From a virus (taxonomy: Duplodnaviria; Caudoviricetes), in the IMG/VR virus record IMGVR_UViG_3300037518_000172, positions 1 through 36,876 of that record: a DNA stretch of 36,876 nucleotides. One strand, given 5' to 3'. The translations under genes were made by a program, and so were the position numbers. The notes below the pieces were generated by a model, which worked only from the letters and a program-made list of their open reading frames with translations, did not search any database and was not told where the DNA came from. Each line of letters begins with the position of its first letter. Within the stretch, counting starts at the first letter, position 1. Below are positions 1 through 9,520 of this stretch, piece by piece.

Positions 1-126
1 GACTGGCCAACACCGGCCGGCGCCTGCGACAAGCCGCTGTGCCGCCGCCATGCCATCCAAGGGCCGGGCCCGAACACGGACTATTGCCAGAGCCACGGCG
101 CCTCACGCCCGGGAGTCGAGCCGTGA
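1..126 (+). CDS. 3' end of a small Cys/His-rich phage protein (partial)
   Basis: Frame 1 reads DWPTPAGACDKPLCRRHAIQGPGPNTDYCQSHGASRPGVEP*. Its TGA overlaps the GTG of the next ORF (GTGA). Confidence 0.55.
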   Translation, partial: DWPTPAGACDKPLCRRHAIQGPGPNTDYCQSHGASRPGVEP

Positions 127-323
127 CCCTGCTAGTAACCATCGCGCAGTTCGCCAAGCGCCGCTCGGCCTTCACGAAATGGTTGATCGAGCGAGGGTCG
201 GCTATCGAGAAGATCACCAATCCCTATGAGGTCCTTCGCTTCACCACTCCAGAAGGCGTCGGCATCATCTACAAGAACGGGAACGGCCAGATCACATCAT
301 GGCAGGGCGGTGCAGCGGAAGCG
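123..323 (+). pseudogene. phage hypothetical gene truncated at the junction with the tnpB fragment
   Basis: A GTG start gives MTLLVTIAQFAKRRSAFTKWLIERGSAIEKITNPYEVLRFTTPEGVGIIYKNGNG...GGAAEA, which then runs into the antisense strand of tnpB with no stop of its own. Confidence 0.55.
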
Positions 324-614
324 GGGGAAGCCCCGGCCACGGCGGAAGAACGCCTTGAAACTCTTATCGAGGCGGCGGAGAACCTGCTGCTCGGCGGTGT
401 AGCTGAAACCGGCCAACCGCGCGTCGGTGTCGCGAACGGCACGAATCTCGTTGGACTGATCGACGAAGCTGAGGCTCTTGCCCTGCCGGTCGTATGCCTC
501 GATGCGCTGTTGCAGCGCCGCGTTGTACAGGTCGCAGAAGGCGCCGAGCATGACGGTGAGGCCGTCGCCTTGGGCGCGATTGGGGTAGAGCCGAAGCTTG
601 TAGCTGATTATCAT
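297..614 (-). pseudogene. tnpB: TnpB (IS200/IS605 OrfB) N-terminal fragment lacking RuvC and Zn finger
   Basis: MIISYKLRLYPNRAQ...CDLYNAALQQR...QQVLRRLDKSFKAFFRRGRGFPRFR is the typical TnpB N-terminus. The homology-like sequence stops after FPRFR (~315). Confidence 0.9.
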
Positions 615-784
615 GCGGCGGGCTTTCGTTCCGGTTCCAGCGGATCGTTGGTCAAGAACCCGCCGAGCGTTAACGCGCGAGGCGGGTTCGCACTTCGTAC
701 CACGACGCGCCGTGCCCCACAACCCAAGCGGCGGCGCCGCATTCCCCTGTCGCCTCAAGGCGGCAGTCCCCTGCGGAGGTAATT
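315..784 (-). mobile_element. truncated IS605/IS1341-group element with intact left end
   Basis: Subterminal hairpin CTGTCGCC-TCAA-GGCGGCAG (747-766). On the minus strand, CCAT (788-785) precedes the end and GGGA lies at +15..+18 just 5' of the hairpin, fitting the IS608-type cleavage/guide pairing rule. The tnpB fragment lies downstream. Confidence 0.7.
656..689. promoter_or_regulatory. inverted repeat upstream of tnpB
   Basis: GAACCCGCC (656-664) pairs with GGCGGGTTC (681-689), with an inner palindrome GCGTTAACGC. Confidence 0.45.
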
Positions 785-804
785 ATGGTCCAAAAGCGAA
801 CGCC

Positions 805-1107
805 CTAGCTGCCGTGCTTGGCCTTCAGCCCGCTCAGCCGCTGCCGCTCGGCCTCCAGATAGACCAGCTGCTCGATCAGCGCCGTGCAGTTCGCGCCAGG
901 CACCGCCCGGCATTGATCCAGTTGCGTGCGCAATTGCGTCAGCACGATGGAGATCTGGGTGAGCTGGCTCGTATAGGAGTCGGCGGCCACTTGCCGCAGG
1001 TCCCCGGCCCGCGCCCAGAAGCGCAGGTCGGTGATGCCGAAGGCCGCAGCGGCGGCGGCCACCAGGACGACGGCCGACAGGATACCGGTGGTCTGTTTCG
1101 ACAGCAT
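805..1107 (-). CDS. membrane-anchored hypothetical protein at the end of the lysis cassette
   Basis: 100 aa with an N-terminal hydrophobic segment and a coiled-coil-like C-terminus. An AGAGGG SD-like motif lies upstream. Confidence 0.7.
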   Translation of the reverse strand: MLSKQTTGILSAVVLVAAAAAAFGITDLRFWARAGDLRQVAADSYTSQLTQISIVLTQLRTQLDQCRAVPGANCTALIEQLVYLEAERQRLSGLKAKHGS

Positions 1108-1151
1108 GGCCTAGTCCCTCTCGCATTCGGCGGCGTAGAGCGCCGCAGCTT

Positions 1152-1376
1152 TCATTTCCGACAAACCTCCAACTGCCGATTCAACGTCTCTATGTCGGAC
1201 ATGAATTGCCAGAAATCCTCGTACCCGTCATAGGGCACGTTCTCCAATTCCTCGGCTACTTTTTCATCCGCCCAGCGCGGCGGCGGACAGCTACTCGGTA
1301 CGCTTGCGGCCCCGCATCCGCTCAAGAAGAGTAGACCTATGCAAAGGAGGCTTTGCCGCAATTTTAAGCTGCTCAT
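1152..1376 (-). CDS. Rz1-like outer-membrane lipoprotein (o-spanin)
   Basis: MSSLKLRQSLLCIGLLFLSGC lipobox followed by a Pro-rich CPPP segment. Overlaps the 3' end of the Rz-like gene in another frame. Confidence 0.75.
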   Translation of the reverse strand: MSSLKLRQSLLCIGLLFLSGCGAASVPSSCPPPRWADEKVAEELENVPYDGYEDFWQFMSDIETLNRQLEVCRK

Positions 1377-1533
1377 CTTGGATCTTTCCTGTCGTTTCCG
1401 CCGCCCGCTGCCGCTCTCGTCTGATGGCAAGCCGGTAGACAAAGAAGAACCCGGCCCACTTGAAGGCGGCGTTGGCGGCTCCGACAAAGAAGCCGCCAAC
1501 CGCCTTGAGTCCAGCTAGGACGGTGGTGAGCAT
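1291..1533 (-). CDS. Rz-like inner-membrane spanin
   Basis: N-terminal hydrophobic segment and charged helical tail, in an overlapped arrangement with the lipoprotein gene inside the lysis cassette. Confidence 0.65.
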   Translation of the reverse strand: MLTTVLAGLKAVGGFFVGAANAAFKWAGFFFVYRLAIRRERQRAAETTGKIQDEQLKIAAKPPLHRSTLLERMRGRKRTE

Positions 1534-1540
1534 AACGTCG

Positions 1541-1723
1541 TTATGCCGCTGGCGGCGCGGCGTTCGGGACCAGCCAGACAAGCACGGTCGTGACCGCGCC
1601 GGCGATGGCCGTGAACGTCTCGGGGCTCATGTCGGCAAAGAAGCCGATACCGAAAAACTGGCCCAGAAAGAAAAACAAGCCACTAAGAACGGCCACAATT
1701 GCTTTATCGAAGGTCGTAACCAT
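1541..1723 (-). CDS. putative holin (2 TM)
   Basis: MVTTFDKAIVAVLSGLFFFLGQ...AIAGAVTTVLVWLVPN has two hydrophobic helices. GGAG SD; located near the endolysin. Confidence 0.65.
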   Translation of the reverse strand: MVTTFDKAIVAVLSGLFFFLGQFFGIGFFADMSPETFTAIAGAVTTVLVWLVPNAAPPAA

Positions 1724-1737
1724 TTGATATGTCTCCG

Positions 1738-1971
1738 TTATTGTTCCCTGGTCCAGTAGAATGCGCCCAGGACGCATATGGTGACGATGTTCGCCGCCAT
1801 CTCATCGGCCATCGAGGTTAGCGGAAAGCCGTTGTACAGGGCCACGGCCGCCATCTGATCCCAGGCGAATTTGATCACTTCCTGCCCGGCAGCTATGCCC
1901 CCGACCGCCGTGATCGAGGCCATGCCAAATTTCTTGTGACCGTGAGCAGGCGTACCGTTTTCCGTAGCCAT
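1738..1971 (-). CDS. small membrane protein (holin/antiholin-like)
   Basis: 77 aa with two hydrophobic stretches, directly after the endolysin stop. Confidence 0.55.
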   Translation of the reverse strand: MATENGTPAHGHKKFGMASITAVGGIAAGQEVIKFAWDQMAAVALYNGFPLTSMADEMAANIVTICVLGAFYWTREQ

Positions 1972-2388
1972 TCACTCCCCCCGGATCATCGCGGCCACGC
2001 GCTTGGCCCTGGCGGGCGTCTGGACCTTGGCCCAGCGGCTATTCAGGGCGGCACCAGCGGCCTTCTCCAGTTCCCCGGCCTCCAGGCACCTCAGCATCGT
2101 CTTGAAACCACAGACCCCCTCCACGCCCATCTGGTAGGCCATCAGAACCAGGGCGTCCTGGACGGGCTCCGGCTGCGTGGTCCACCACTTGATTTTCCTA
2201 TCAAGGGCCTTTCGTATCAGGGCCAGGCGGTTGTTGAGCAGATAGCGGCTTTCTTCGATGGTGATCCCGCCGCCCTTGCGCTCATCGACCAGAATGCCGT
2301 GCCCGATCGTCCAGTACCCCAGGTGGTCTTTGTAGACGTGGGGGACAAAGCCCTCTTCTTTTTCCAGGATGCTGACGATATCGGTCAT
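1972..2388 (-). CDS. endolysin, T4-lysozyme-like (GH24)
   Basis: EEGFVPHVYKDHLGYWTIGHG shows the catalytic E-x8-D-x5-T pattern. The C-terminal MAYQMG...SRWAKVQTPARAKRV resembles T4 lysozyme. Confidence 0.92.
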   Translation of the reverse strand: MTDIVSILEKEEGFVPHVYKDHLGYWTIGHGILVDERKGGGITIEESRYLLNNRLALIRKALDRKIKWWTTQPEPVQDALVLMAYQMGVEGVCGFKTMLRCLEAGELEKAAGAALNSRWAKVQTPARAKRVAAMIRGE

Positions 2389-2690
2389 TCCGCCGCCCCG
2401 CCGCGAAAGCGCCGCCACAGCCGGTCGATCTGCGCGTCCTGCCTGTCGTCGTTCTTGGTCAAGGCTTCCTGGCGGATGGTCACCCGCTCCAGCACCCGCG
2501 CCGTCTCCAGGGCCGTCGCTTGCGCGGTGACTTGCGCCGCCTTGAAGTCGGCACGCCATTCCAATGCGATGGCGCCGATCGCCGCCAGGACGAAGGGCAT
2601 CAGGATCATCGCAAACCGCGACGACAAGGTGAGCCACACCCAATCGACGACCTTCTGCCGCGCCGCTCGATCCGTTTGTGCGTCGCTCAT
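2385..2690 (-). CDS. membrane protein with coiled coil (lysis region)
   Basis: GGAGG SD before MSDAQ; one TM segment; ATGA overlap with the endolysin start. Confidence 0.7.
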   Translation of the reverse strand: MSDAQTDRAARQKVVDWVWLTLSSRFAMILMPFVLAAIGAIALEWRADFKAAQVTAQATALETARVLERVTIRQEALTKNDDRQDAQIDRLWRRFRGGAAE

Positions 2691-2734
2691 TATGCCTCCA
2701 ATCGGATCAGCAGATCGGCCCCCACGGTGATCCG

Positions 2735-3049
2735 TCACGTATCGGGGCCCACGGGCACGGCCGGCACCCCGCGCCAGCCTTCTCCCGCCGCGATCAGGCA
2801 CGACATGCCCTGTGGGCTTGTCATGATAATGGTCCAGGTGTTGCCGTCGCCCGTGGACAGCACTTCCACCAGGCCGCCCGAGCTGGTCACGCCGATGGCG
2901 ACCGGGGCTTCCTGATACTTGTTGGCGAGATGGCCGAGCACCTTGGTGCGCGTGTCGCATTGGGAGACTTGCCCGACGGCAGGTGCCGGGCTGGCCATCC
3001 CCGCCAGGAAGAGTGCCGCCGCCAGAATTACCGTGGGCATGTTTCTCAT
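2735..3049 (-). CDS. secreted hypothetical protein
   Basis: Signal peptide, then CDTRTKVLGHLANKYQE...TWTIIMTSPQGMSCLIAAGEGW. GAGGGA SD. Confidence 0.75.
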   Translation of the reverse strand: MRNMPTVILAAALFLAGMASPAPAVGQVSQCDTRTKVLGHLANKYQEAPVAIGVTSSGGLVEVLSTGDGNTWTIIMTSPQGMSCLIAAGEGWRGVPAVPVGPDT

Positions 3050-3058
3050 TGTTCCCTC

Positions 3059-4027
3059 TCAGTCATCCCGGCCGCGGCGGTCGATCCAGCCGTGGGCTGT
3101 GATTTTGACGGCAGTATTAATCCCGGAAAAGGATACCCTGTATCGAACCTGGGCGGAGGTATTCGTTCTGATCCGGAATTGCCCGCTTTTCTGAGTGCCG
3201 GATATATGATGCCCAATGGAAAAGACGGTCGCGGAGGGTGCCGTGTCGGTCTGATCCAGCGACGTGAACAGTAAGTAGGAGTCGTCCCCGCCCTCAAAGT
3301 ACATTGAACTGAAAAGAGCGTCCACCTGCACCCCAGTTGGAACATGCAGCGTGGCCGCGACCGCCGAGGTTCCGGGGTTGGACGCATTGACACTATTGAT
3401 CGGAACCTTGCGCAGAAACTCGTCACCGCGCTGGGTGAACGGTACGTTGACGCCGCTGACGCGCATGAACGACCCGATACGCCGGCTGAGATCGTAATTC
3501 GCTGGCAGGGTCGGCGCGGTTGGGCTCAGCGAGAACAGGGCGTCCACTACGCCCGTGTCGCTGCGTAGGATGGCATGGACGTGATATGTACCGGTGCTGC
3601 TGACCGCGCCGGTATCCAAGCCGCCGTTGCCGGAACCGACCGCCCAGGACGCATCGATTCGTTTCGTCAAGGCGCTTGCTAGGATAATATCCTCGGCATT
3701 GTCCTTTGACCGACACTGCCCTTCCGCTATGTCGATGTCGTTGGTTGCGTCGGTTGTGTTATTGCTGAGTTTCAGCCCAGTCAGGTGGCCGCGCGGCAGT
3801 GTCGCGTTTGGCGCTGGGGTGGCGATCAGCGTATCGGCGTTACCGGCGCCATTGTCGGTGACCGTCAGGCCATCGCCCACAACCATCGCCGCCAGCGGCG
3901 CAAGGGTTGCCAGAGTCGTATTGAATTTGTCTATTAGATCGAGCAGATCGACGCGCGCCAGCTTTGGATCGTCGCCGCCCTCGTCCACCTTGGTGTTGCT
4001 GACATCAGCCGGGAATGATTTTGCCAT
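3059..4027 (-). CDS. tail fibre/receptor-binding-like protein
   Basis: 322 aa, Gly/Ser/Thr-rich and beta-type, immediately downstream of the tail tip protein. Confidence 0.6.
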   Translation of the reverse strand: MAKSFPADVSNTKVDEGGDDPKLARVDLLDLIDKFNTTLATLAPLAAMVVGDGLTVTDNGAGNADTLIATPAPNATLPRGHLTGLKLSNNTTDATNDIDIAEGQCRSKDNAEDIILASALTKRIDASWAVGSGNGGLDTGAVSSTGTYHVHAILRSDTGVVDALFSLSPTAPTLPANYDLSRRIGSFMRVSGVNVPFTQRGDEFLRKVPINSVNASNPGTSAVAATLHVPTGVQVDALFSSMYFEGGDDSYLLFTSLDQTDTAPSATVFSIGHHISGTQKSGQFRIRTNTSAQVRYRVSFSGINTAVKITAHGWIDRRGRDD

Positions 4028-7000
4028 CTAAACCTTGAACCCCTTCAGTTCCAAATCGACAGTCGCATCCTGGAGCGTCCAAGTGCCTGATATATCCTTA
4101 TATATCTTGAACTCTGCAGCGGGCAGACTACCCCCGGTGATCGTGGTTGCCTTGCTGAGCAGATCAACGTGCCACCCTCCAGCTCCGGTATTCTGGAAAG
4201 CCACCACCTTCGCGGTGATGATAGACCCAAAACGTCCATCGCTCTCGTATTTGAAATGCCCTGTGTCGATGCGCTCAAACCGGCCGGCACTCGCTGCCGA
4301 CGTATCAACATCTTCGACATCCTGGATCACTGTCTCGCCATCGAGGAATGTCACTAGATCGCGGATCAGCGGCGTGGTCCCGGCAATGCTTGCCTTAAGG
4401 TGTATGTAACGTGCCACAACGCTCGCCAATGATACGAAGCCGCCAGTTGGCTCGCCATCGGCATCCGTGCCTGTCTCCATGGTGATCGTCGGTGTGCCGA
4501 GCCCGTCGAAGGTGACCGACGGCGTGAAGCGCAGATCAGCGCCCAGATCAATGACCTCGGTAGTGTAGGTGATCGGCGAACGATTCGTCACAATGCCGCG
4601 CCATGTGTCCGCCAACTCATCCCAGGTGTTAGGCAGATCATCCCAGGTGCCGGTCGTGGCGTCGCCCATCGCCTCCGCATGGCCAGAAGGATTCAGGAAA
4701 CAATCGACCAGAGTCCCGGGAAAGCCGAGCGAGAATTCCTGACGCTGATGGATAACCCCGCGCAAACGCGGATCGCCAATGGTTGCCTCAATCAAATTCG
4801 CATTGGTTGATTCATTGCCGAAGGCATCCACCATCTTGATCCCGAAGGTATACGTGCCGGCGACAAGCTCATTGGTTTCAACCGGGCTGGTATTCAACAG
4901 TCCTTGTGTGAACAGCGGCGTCATGTCTGCCCACGCTCCGCCCGCGCCCGTCTTGTAACGAATGACAAAGCCGCCGCCCAGAACCACATCCGGCGGGATG
5001 GTCGAGGCCGCCCAGGAAAACCGGCGCGTCCCATCGGCCAACCTAGAAATTGAGAATTCCTCAACCGCAGGCGGCGGCGTCAATTTGCCGAGCACGTTGT
5101 GATTGGAAATCAGCGTCCAAGTGCCCGGCGGGGCGCCTATGAAAGCGTAGCGCAGACGCACGTCGTAGGACACGCCGTCCTCCACTGGGGCCACCGATAT
5201 CTCACGTGTGTCGCGAGGAAACGGGCCTAACGGAAGCCATGATCCATCCGATGTGCTTGGCCGAAACTGCACTTCTATACCGGAGATTCGTGAGAGCGCG
5301 AGCGACCCCGGCGCCCCCAAGGCGATCAGAATGCGCGAGTCCAGCGAGCCATCGGCGGCTCGTACCATCACCGTTTCATCCGAGCGCGCCGAAATGACGA
5401 AGGGCTTGTTCTGGCCGACCAACGGCGAGAGTTTGGAATCGAAGGCCGGGATGGCTTCCGTGTCGGCAGTATAGACCGCGGCGGATTCCGGCACCGCCGT
5501 GATGATCGCCGCTTCATCGTTAAGCCGCCGGATCGAATAGACCAGAGATCGGATCGTCTCCAATCCGGCCTCGCCGAAACCGAATAGATCGCCAGCGGCC
5601 ACCGCGCCAGGCGCCAAGGCTGGCGACAGGGTGACCGTGGTTTGCTCCCCGGCGTCGGTGACCACAGGCGCGCTCACCCGTCCGCCCGGCGTTCGCACGA
5701 TCAACGCATAGTCCGTGTCGGCCTCCATGGGCAGCACTTCATCGCTGACGATCCCGGTGATGTTGCCGCCGCCGTCGGTTATCGTCGACTTGATCCGCCC
5801 GCTGGCCCGGCCGACCAACAGCACGTCATGGGTGATCTCGATCAGATCGCCACGGGTGCAAACGATATGTTCGATGTCGGTTTCGAACTCGTAGCGTTCC
5901 GGACGCAATTCGGCGACCGCCATGTGATAACGGGTATCGCTCCAGATATGTGCCGGATCGGTAATGCCGAACGGACGATAGCCTTCGAATTTCGTTGCGG
6001 TCCCTGCATCGTATCCGTCGCGGTAGACGATCCGTTCGTCAGCCTGCCAGCCCTGCTCTCGATTGAAAAAGGTAACGCGCAGGGCATGCGGCATATCCGC
6101 GTAGACGCGCGTGGCATTGAAGTTGAGCGAATTGCGCGGCGTGAAATGCTGGACAACCGTGCTCTGTGCTTCGTCGAAAACGACGCTCCGTTTATTGTCC
6201 CGCCGCCGCAAGCTGGCACGTCCGGAGGCGGCAACCGCAGCAAGTAGGTCGCGCACCGAGATCGGTGTATCGATGACCGCATTGAATTCGCGCCCCGCAG
6301 CGGTGTTGATCTCGTGCCAAGCCTCCAGGGTAGCCAAGTCGATCCGCGCATCGGCCACGGGGTTAGCGTTCGCCGCGCCTTGCAAGATCTCCCGATAGAT
6401 CGACGCCGGGTTGGCGGTTGGCCGCACCGTTTCCCAATCCGAGCCATCCCAGTCCGCCAGGATTGAGGTGGCGACGCAGTTGAGCGCATCGACCACGCCG
6501 GACAATTGGTTGGTCGCCCGGATGCGCAATGCCGTCATCGCCACACCGGCCATGTTGACAGGCGGCTCGTTGGTGAACGTCCGCAGCGAGGTCCATGTTG
6601 CCACATCGAAAATGCTGCTCGACGTCGTGTCCGCCGTGACTCGTCGAATGCGCACGTCGTACTGGCCGCGCGTCACGGTCAGGCGCACCGATTTGCGCAC
6701 AACAGATGATCTTTTGGCCGATACGTTGATCGCCGTGGAGGCCGACCAAGAGCCGCTGCCGGCCACCGCCGTTTGCACCTGCAGACTGACGCTGCGGCTT
6801 TTCTTGGCGCCTTGCGAATCGAATTCCACAAGTCCTTGCAAGAACGTCACATCGACGCTGATCTCATCGGCGTCTGGCTGGGTCGTACGCACTTGCCAGC
6901 TATCGGCGGCGAGCAACGCGATAGCCAACCCCTCTTCAAACACATCATCCGGAAACAAGCTGATCGGATCGTCGCCGTCGAAACCCTGCCGATGCTCGAC

Positions 7001-7771
7001 TTCAACATCATCGAATTCATCGAGCGACGTCTCGCCGATCTTGAAATCCTCTAGCAGCAGCGGGCCGTATCCCCAGACGATCAGGGTACGAAGGTATTGG
7101 TCGTCGCCGACGATCTCGGTGTATTCGCGGGCGCCCTTCGGCCCCCACAACCGGTGTTTGCCAAGGACGCGCGGCACCGGCTGAAACGGGCGCAGCTCAT
7201 TCCGGCCGCCTGCGATACCGAAGACCGGGCTTTCCCGGCTAGGGCCCGCCAGTTGCCCCAGGTCGGGACGCGGCGGCGGGGCAATGGCATTGACCAGCAG
7301 ACTGCCGACGATGCCGATGCCCACCTGGAGCCCTGTCGCGGCCAGCGCACCGCCGGCTGTTGCCAAAAATGGCGCGCTGAAAATTGCGCCAGGGATGACG
7401 ACCGCCGCCGCCAACACGGCGATCATCAGGATGGTCCGCAGCGGGTTCTTGCCACCGCCGCCGCCGCCGGACGGCACTACCCGAATGCTGACGGTTGTGC
7501 CCGGCTTGGGCCGCACCCGGTGCCAATTTTCGCGGGGGATGTAGTGGTCCCCGACAAAGACGTGGGCATGCCTTCGCAGCACCGCGTCAGGCTGAGCCCG
7601 GGCGAATATCTCGGCCAGGGTGGCGCCTGCCTCGACGGACAAGTCCACCCGAGCCATGCTGAACGGGTGCGGGCAGGCGGAGACCCGGACTAGCCCTTGG
7701 CCTGGCGCCAGGATTTCGGTTATCCTGTCAACCGGTTCCAGAGATATCAGAGAGGACTCGGGCATGCGCAC
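4028..7771 (-). CDS. tail tip / host-specificity protein (lambda gpI-like N-terminus fused to gpJ-like, with FN3-type domains)
   Basis: 1247 aa. Contains GGGGGGKNPLRTILMIAV, PVPRVLGKHR, RGQYDVRIRRVT and TANPA motifs; follows the NlpC gene. Confidence 0.9.
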   Translation of the reverse strand: MRMPESSLISLEPVDRITEILAPGQGLVRVSACPHPFSMARVDLSVEAGATLAEIFARAQPDAVLRRHAHVFVGDHYIPRENWHRVRPKPGTTVSIRVVPSGGGGGGKNPLRTILMIAVLAAAVVIPGAIFSAPFLATAGGALAATGLQVGIGIVGSLLVNAIAPPPRPDLGQLAGPSRESPVFGIAGGRNELRPFQPVPRVLGKHRLWGPKGAREYTEIVGDDQYLRTLIVWGYGPLLLEDFKIGETSLDEFDDVEVEHRQGFDGDDPISLFPDDVFEEGLAIALLAADSWQVRTTQPDADEISVDVTFLQGLVEFDSQGAKKSRSVSLQVQTAVAGSGSWSASTAINVSAKRSSVVRKSVRLTVTRGQYDVRIRRVTADTTSSSIFDVATWTSLRTFTNEPPVNMAGVAMTALRIRATNQLSGVVDALNCVATSILADWDGSDWETVRPTANPASIYREILQGAANANPVADARIDLATLEAWHEINTAAGREFNAVIDTPISVRDLLAAVAASGRASLRRRDNKRSVVFDEAQSTVVQHFTPRNSLNFNATRVYADMPHALRVTFFNREQGWQADERIVYRDGYDAGTATKFEGYRPFGITDPAHIWSDTRYHMAVAELRPERYEFETDIEHIVCTRGDLIEITHDVLLVGRASGRIKSTITDGGGNITGIVSDEVLPMEADTDYALIVRTPGGRVSAPVVTDAGEQTTVTLSPALAPGAVAAGDLFGFGEAGLETIRSLVYSIRRLNDEAAIITAVPESAAVYTADTEAIPAFDSKLSPLVGQNKPFVISARSDETVMVRAADGSLDSRILIALGAPGSLALSRISGIEVQFRPSTSDGSWLPLGPFPRDTREISVAPVEDGVSYDVRLRYAFIGAPPGTWTLISNHNVLGKLTPPPAVEEFSISRLADGTRRFSWAASTIPPDVVLGGGFVIRYKTGAGGAWADMTPLFTQGLLNTSPVETNELVAGTYTFGIKMVDAFGNESTNANLIEATIGDPRLRGVIHQRQEFSLGFPGTLVDCFLNPSGHAEAMGDATTGTWDDLPNTWDELADTWRGIVTNRSPITYTTEVIDLGADLRFTPSVTFDGLGTPTITMETGTDADGEPTGGFVSLASVVARYIHLKASIAGTTPLIRDLVTFLDGETVIQDVEDVDTSAASAGRFERIDTGHFKYESDGRFGSIITAKVVAFQNTGAGGWHVDLLSKATTITGGSLPAAEFKIYKDISGTWTLQDATVDLELKGFKV

Positions 7772-8205
7772 CTTAATTTCTTTTGATCAATCTGCGGGTG
7801 CCGGAATATCCCGACGATCCGCTGCCGCCAGATCGGCGAGTCCAGGCGCTCGATCACCGCATTGATCCCCGCCTCGATGTGCAGCATGCGCCCGCGCGCC
7901 ACGATCAAGCCCACGTGCATCGGCCAGCCCTTGGTGCGCAGCAAGGCCACGTCGCCCAAGCACACGTCCGCCTGATCGACTTGCCGCCAGTCATCCTTGT
8001 GCGCGGCAATCAGCGGCGCCACATTGCGGCCTGAGTTCGCGTCTTCGTAATCCTCGGCATAGCTTGGCAGATCAATGCTGAATTGCTCGGCCAACACGAG
8101 GCGGACAAGCCCCCAGCAATCGCACCCCGCGCGGTCCCGGCCCAGCGAAGCGAAAGGCAGGCCGACGTACTCACCAACCCACGCCGGCGGCTGGCGGGCG
8201 ATCAT
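7747..8205 (-). CDS. NlpC/P60 tail assembly protein (gpK-like)
   Basis: YVGLPF...GRDRAGCDCWGLV...HVGL...MLH with catalytic Cys and His residues. Confidence 0.92.
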   Translation of the reverse strand: MIARQPPAWVGEYVGLPFASLGRDRAGCDCWGLVRLVLAEQFSIDLPSYAEDYEDANSGRNVAPLIAAHKDDWRQVDQADVCLGDVALLRTKGWPMHVGLIVARGRMLHIEAGINAVIERLDSPIWRQRIVGIFRHPQIDQKKLRCACPSPL

Positions 8206-8945
8206 CAGAAGACGCCGGGGAAAAGCCCGGGCGTGAAAGAGTCCTTCGGGTAGGGCTCGGATAGAAAATTCTCGTCATCGACGGTGGCGCTCACAATCAG
8301 CGCGTCCCAGCGCACTTCGGCAATGCGCATGTTATCGAATGACATTTCCACCGTATCCGGGTCCGCCGCCCGCACCACCTCCAGCAGCACGCTCGGCGGG
8401 GTATTGATCGAGCGGATTGCCTCGGTAATTTCCAGGCTCACATTCTGGATAGCCAGCGTCCCGGCGGAGACTCCGGTGTCATCCTCGCCAGGCAGTTCGC
8501 GCTCGAAGGGCATGGCCGTGAACGTATTGCCCCGGCTTTCCATATCGACCGCGTCACTGCACACGCGAATTGGCAAGGCCAGATCATCGTGGTCGATAGT
8601 CACCAGCACAATGAATGCCTCAGCCGTTTCCTGAGCGAACACCGCCGCCCTGGCTGTAGCGGATACACCAAGATTTCCCTGTACTGCCGGCGCAAATGCG
8701 CGCGCCACAGTCTCAGCCAGTGGCACGGCAACGACAGCAGCCTCCGACACCGTAGGTGCAAGGGCCGCAGTCTCCGTCGCGGCCAGGGGAATGACGGCAA
8801 AAGCACCCGCCGCCACCGCAGGCGCAAATGCCTGCGCCACGGTCTCAGCCAAGGGAACGGCAACGATAGCATTATCGGCGGTGGCACCCCAGGATGTGCC
8901 CCAGGATGTGCCCCAGGATGTGCCCCAGCTTATGCCGGCCCCCAC
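8205..8945 (-). CDS. DUF1833-like tail tip protein with a repetitive N-terminal extension
   Basis: C-terminal LVTIDH...PIRV...FTAMPF...FTPGLFPGVF. The N-terminus has SWGT repeats and three 22-aa PLAxT repeats. Confidence 0.8.
   Translation of the reverse strand: MGAGISWGTSWGTSWGTSWGATADNAIVAVPLAETVAQAFAPAVAAGAFAVIPLAATETAALAPTVSEAAVVAVPLAETVARAFAPAVQGNLGVSATARAAVFAQETAEAFIVLVTIDHDDLALPIRVCSDAVDMESRGNTFTAMPFERELPGEDDTGVSAGTLAIQNVSLEITEAIRSINTPPSVLLEVVRAADPDTVEMSFDNMRIAEVRWDALIVSATVDDENFLSEPYPKDSFTPGLFPGVF
8887..8928. repeat. 12-bp tandem repeat (CCCCAGGATGTG x3.5) encoding SWGT repeats
   Basis: Read directly from the sequence. Confidence 0.95.
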
Positions 8946-9505
8946 TCGGTTCCTATACCGCCGTCGCCGGTGACTTCGATTTCATTGACGTGCGTGATAT
9001 TCGCGTCTGCCTTGCCCGCGACCGTAAAGGTCAAACTGTCCGTCTTACCCTTGATCGCATCCAGATTCAGTCCGCCCACGTCGCTGATCGGCAGCCCGCC
9101 AGCCGCGTCAGCGGCGGCGTTCGGCAGCGCCGTCAGGCCAAGTCTCACCGTATCCTCCGGGTCGTAGTCAACCAGCCGCACGCGCCCACCCTCTACGATC
9201 ATGCCTGTCACCGTGCCGCCGATATCGACGTGATTGGCGCCGGTCGCGAAGGCCGCGTCCGGCAGATCGAGGCGATACTCACCGTTGCCGATGTGCAGAA
9301 AGCCGCCGTCGGTGTGAGCCGTGGTCAGCGCGGCCAGCGTGGCTTCCGTGATGGACACCAGCGCCGAGGACTCCCGCCGGTACCATAGGTCGATGCCCGA
9401 GGTATTCCACACGACGCCAGTTTCAGGAAGGCCGGTCGTATCGTCATAGATAGAAAGTGTGACCGATCTGTCAGTAGACCCCTTTTTAACGATATCGAGT
9501 AGCAT
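8930..9505 (-). CDS. hypothetical virion protein
   Basis: 191 aa with a GAGGG SD, in the tail module. Confidence 0.75.
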   Translation of the reverse strand: MLLDIVKKGSTDRSVTLSIYDDTTGLPETGVVWNTSGIDLWYRRESSALVSITEATLAALTTAHTDGGFLHIGNGEYRLDLPDAAFATGANHVDIGGTVTGMIVEGGRVRLVDYDPEDTVRLGLTALPNAAADAAGGLPISDVGGLNLDAIKGKTDSLTFTVAGKADANITHVNEIEVTGDGGIGTEWGPA

Positions 9506-9520
9506 TCGTTCAACCCTCTT

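Noticed and set aside
39-782. 247-aa plus-strand ORF
   Set aside because: It is a chimera of a truncated phage gene and the antisense strand of tnpB and the IS end.
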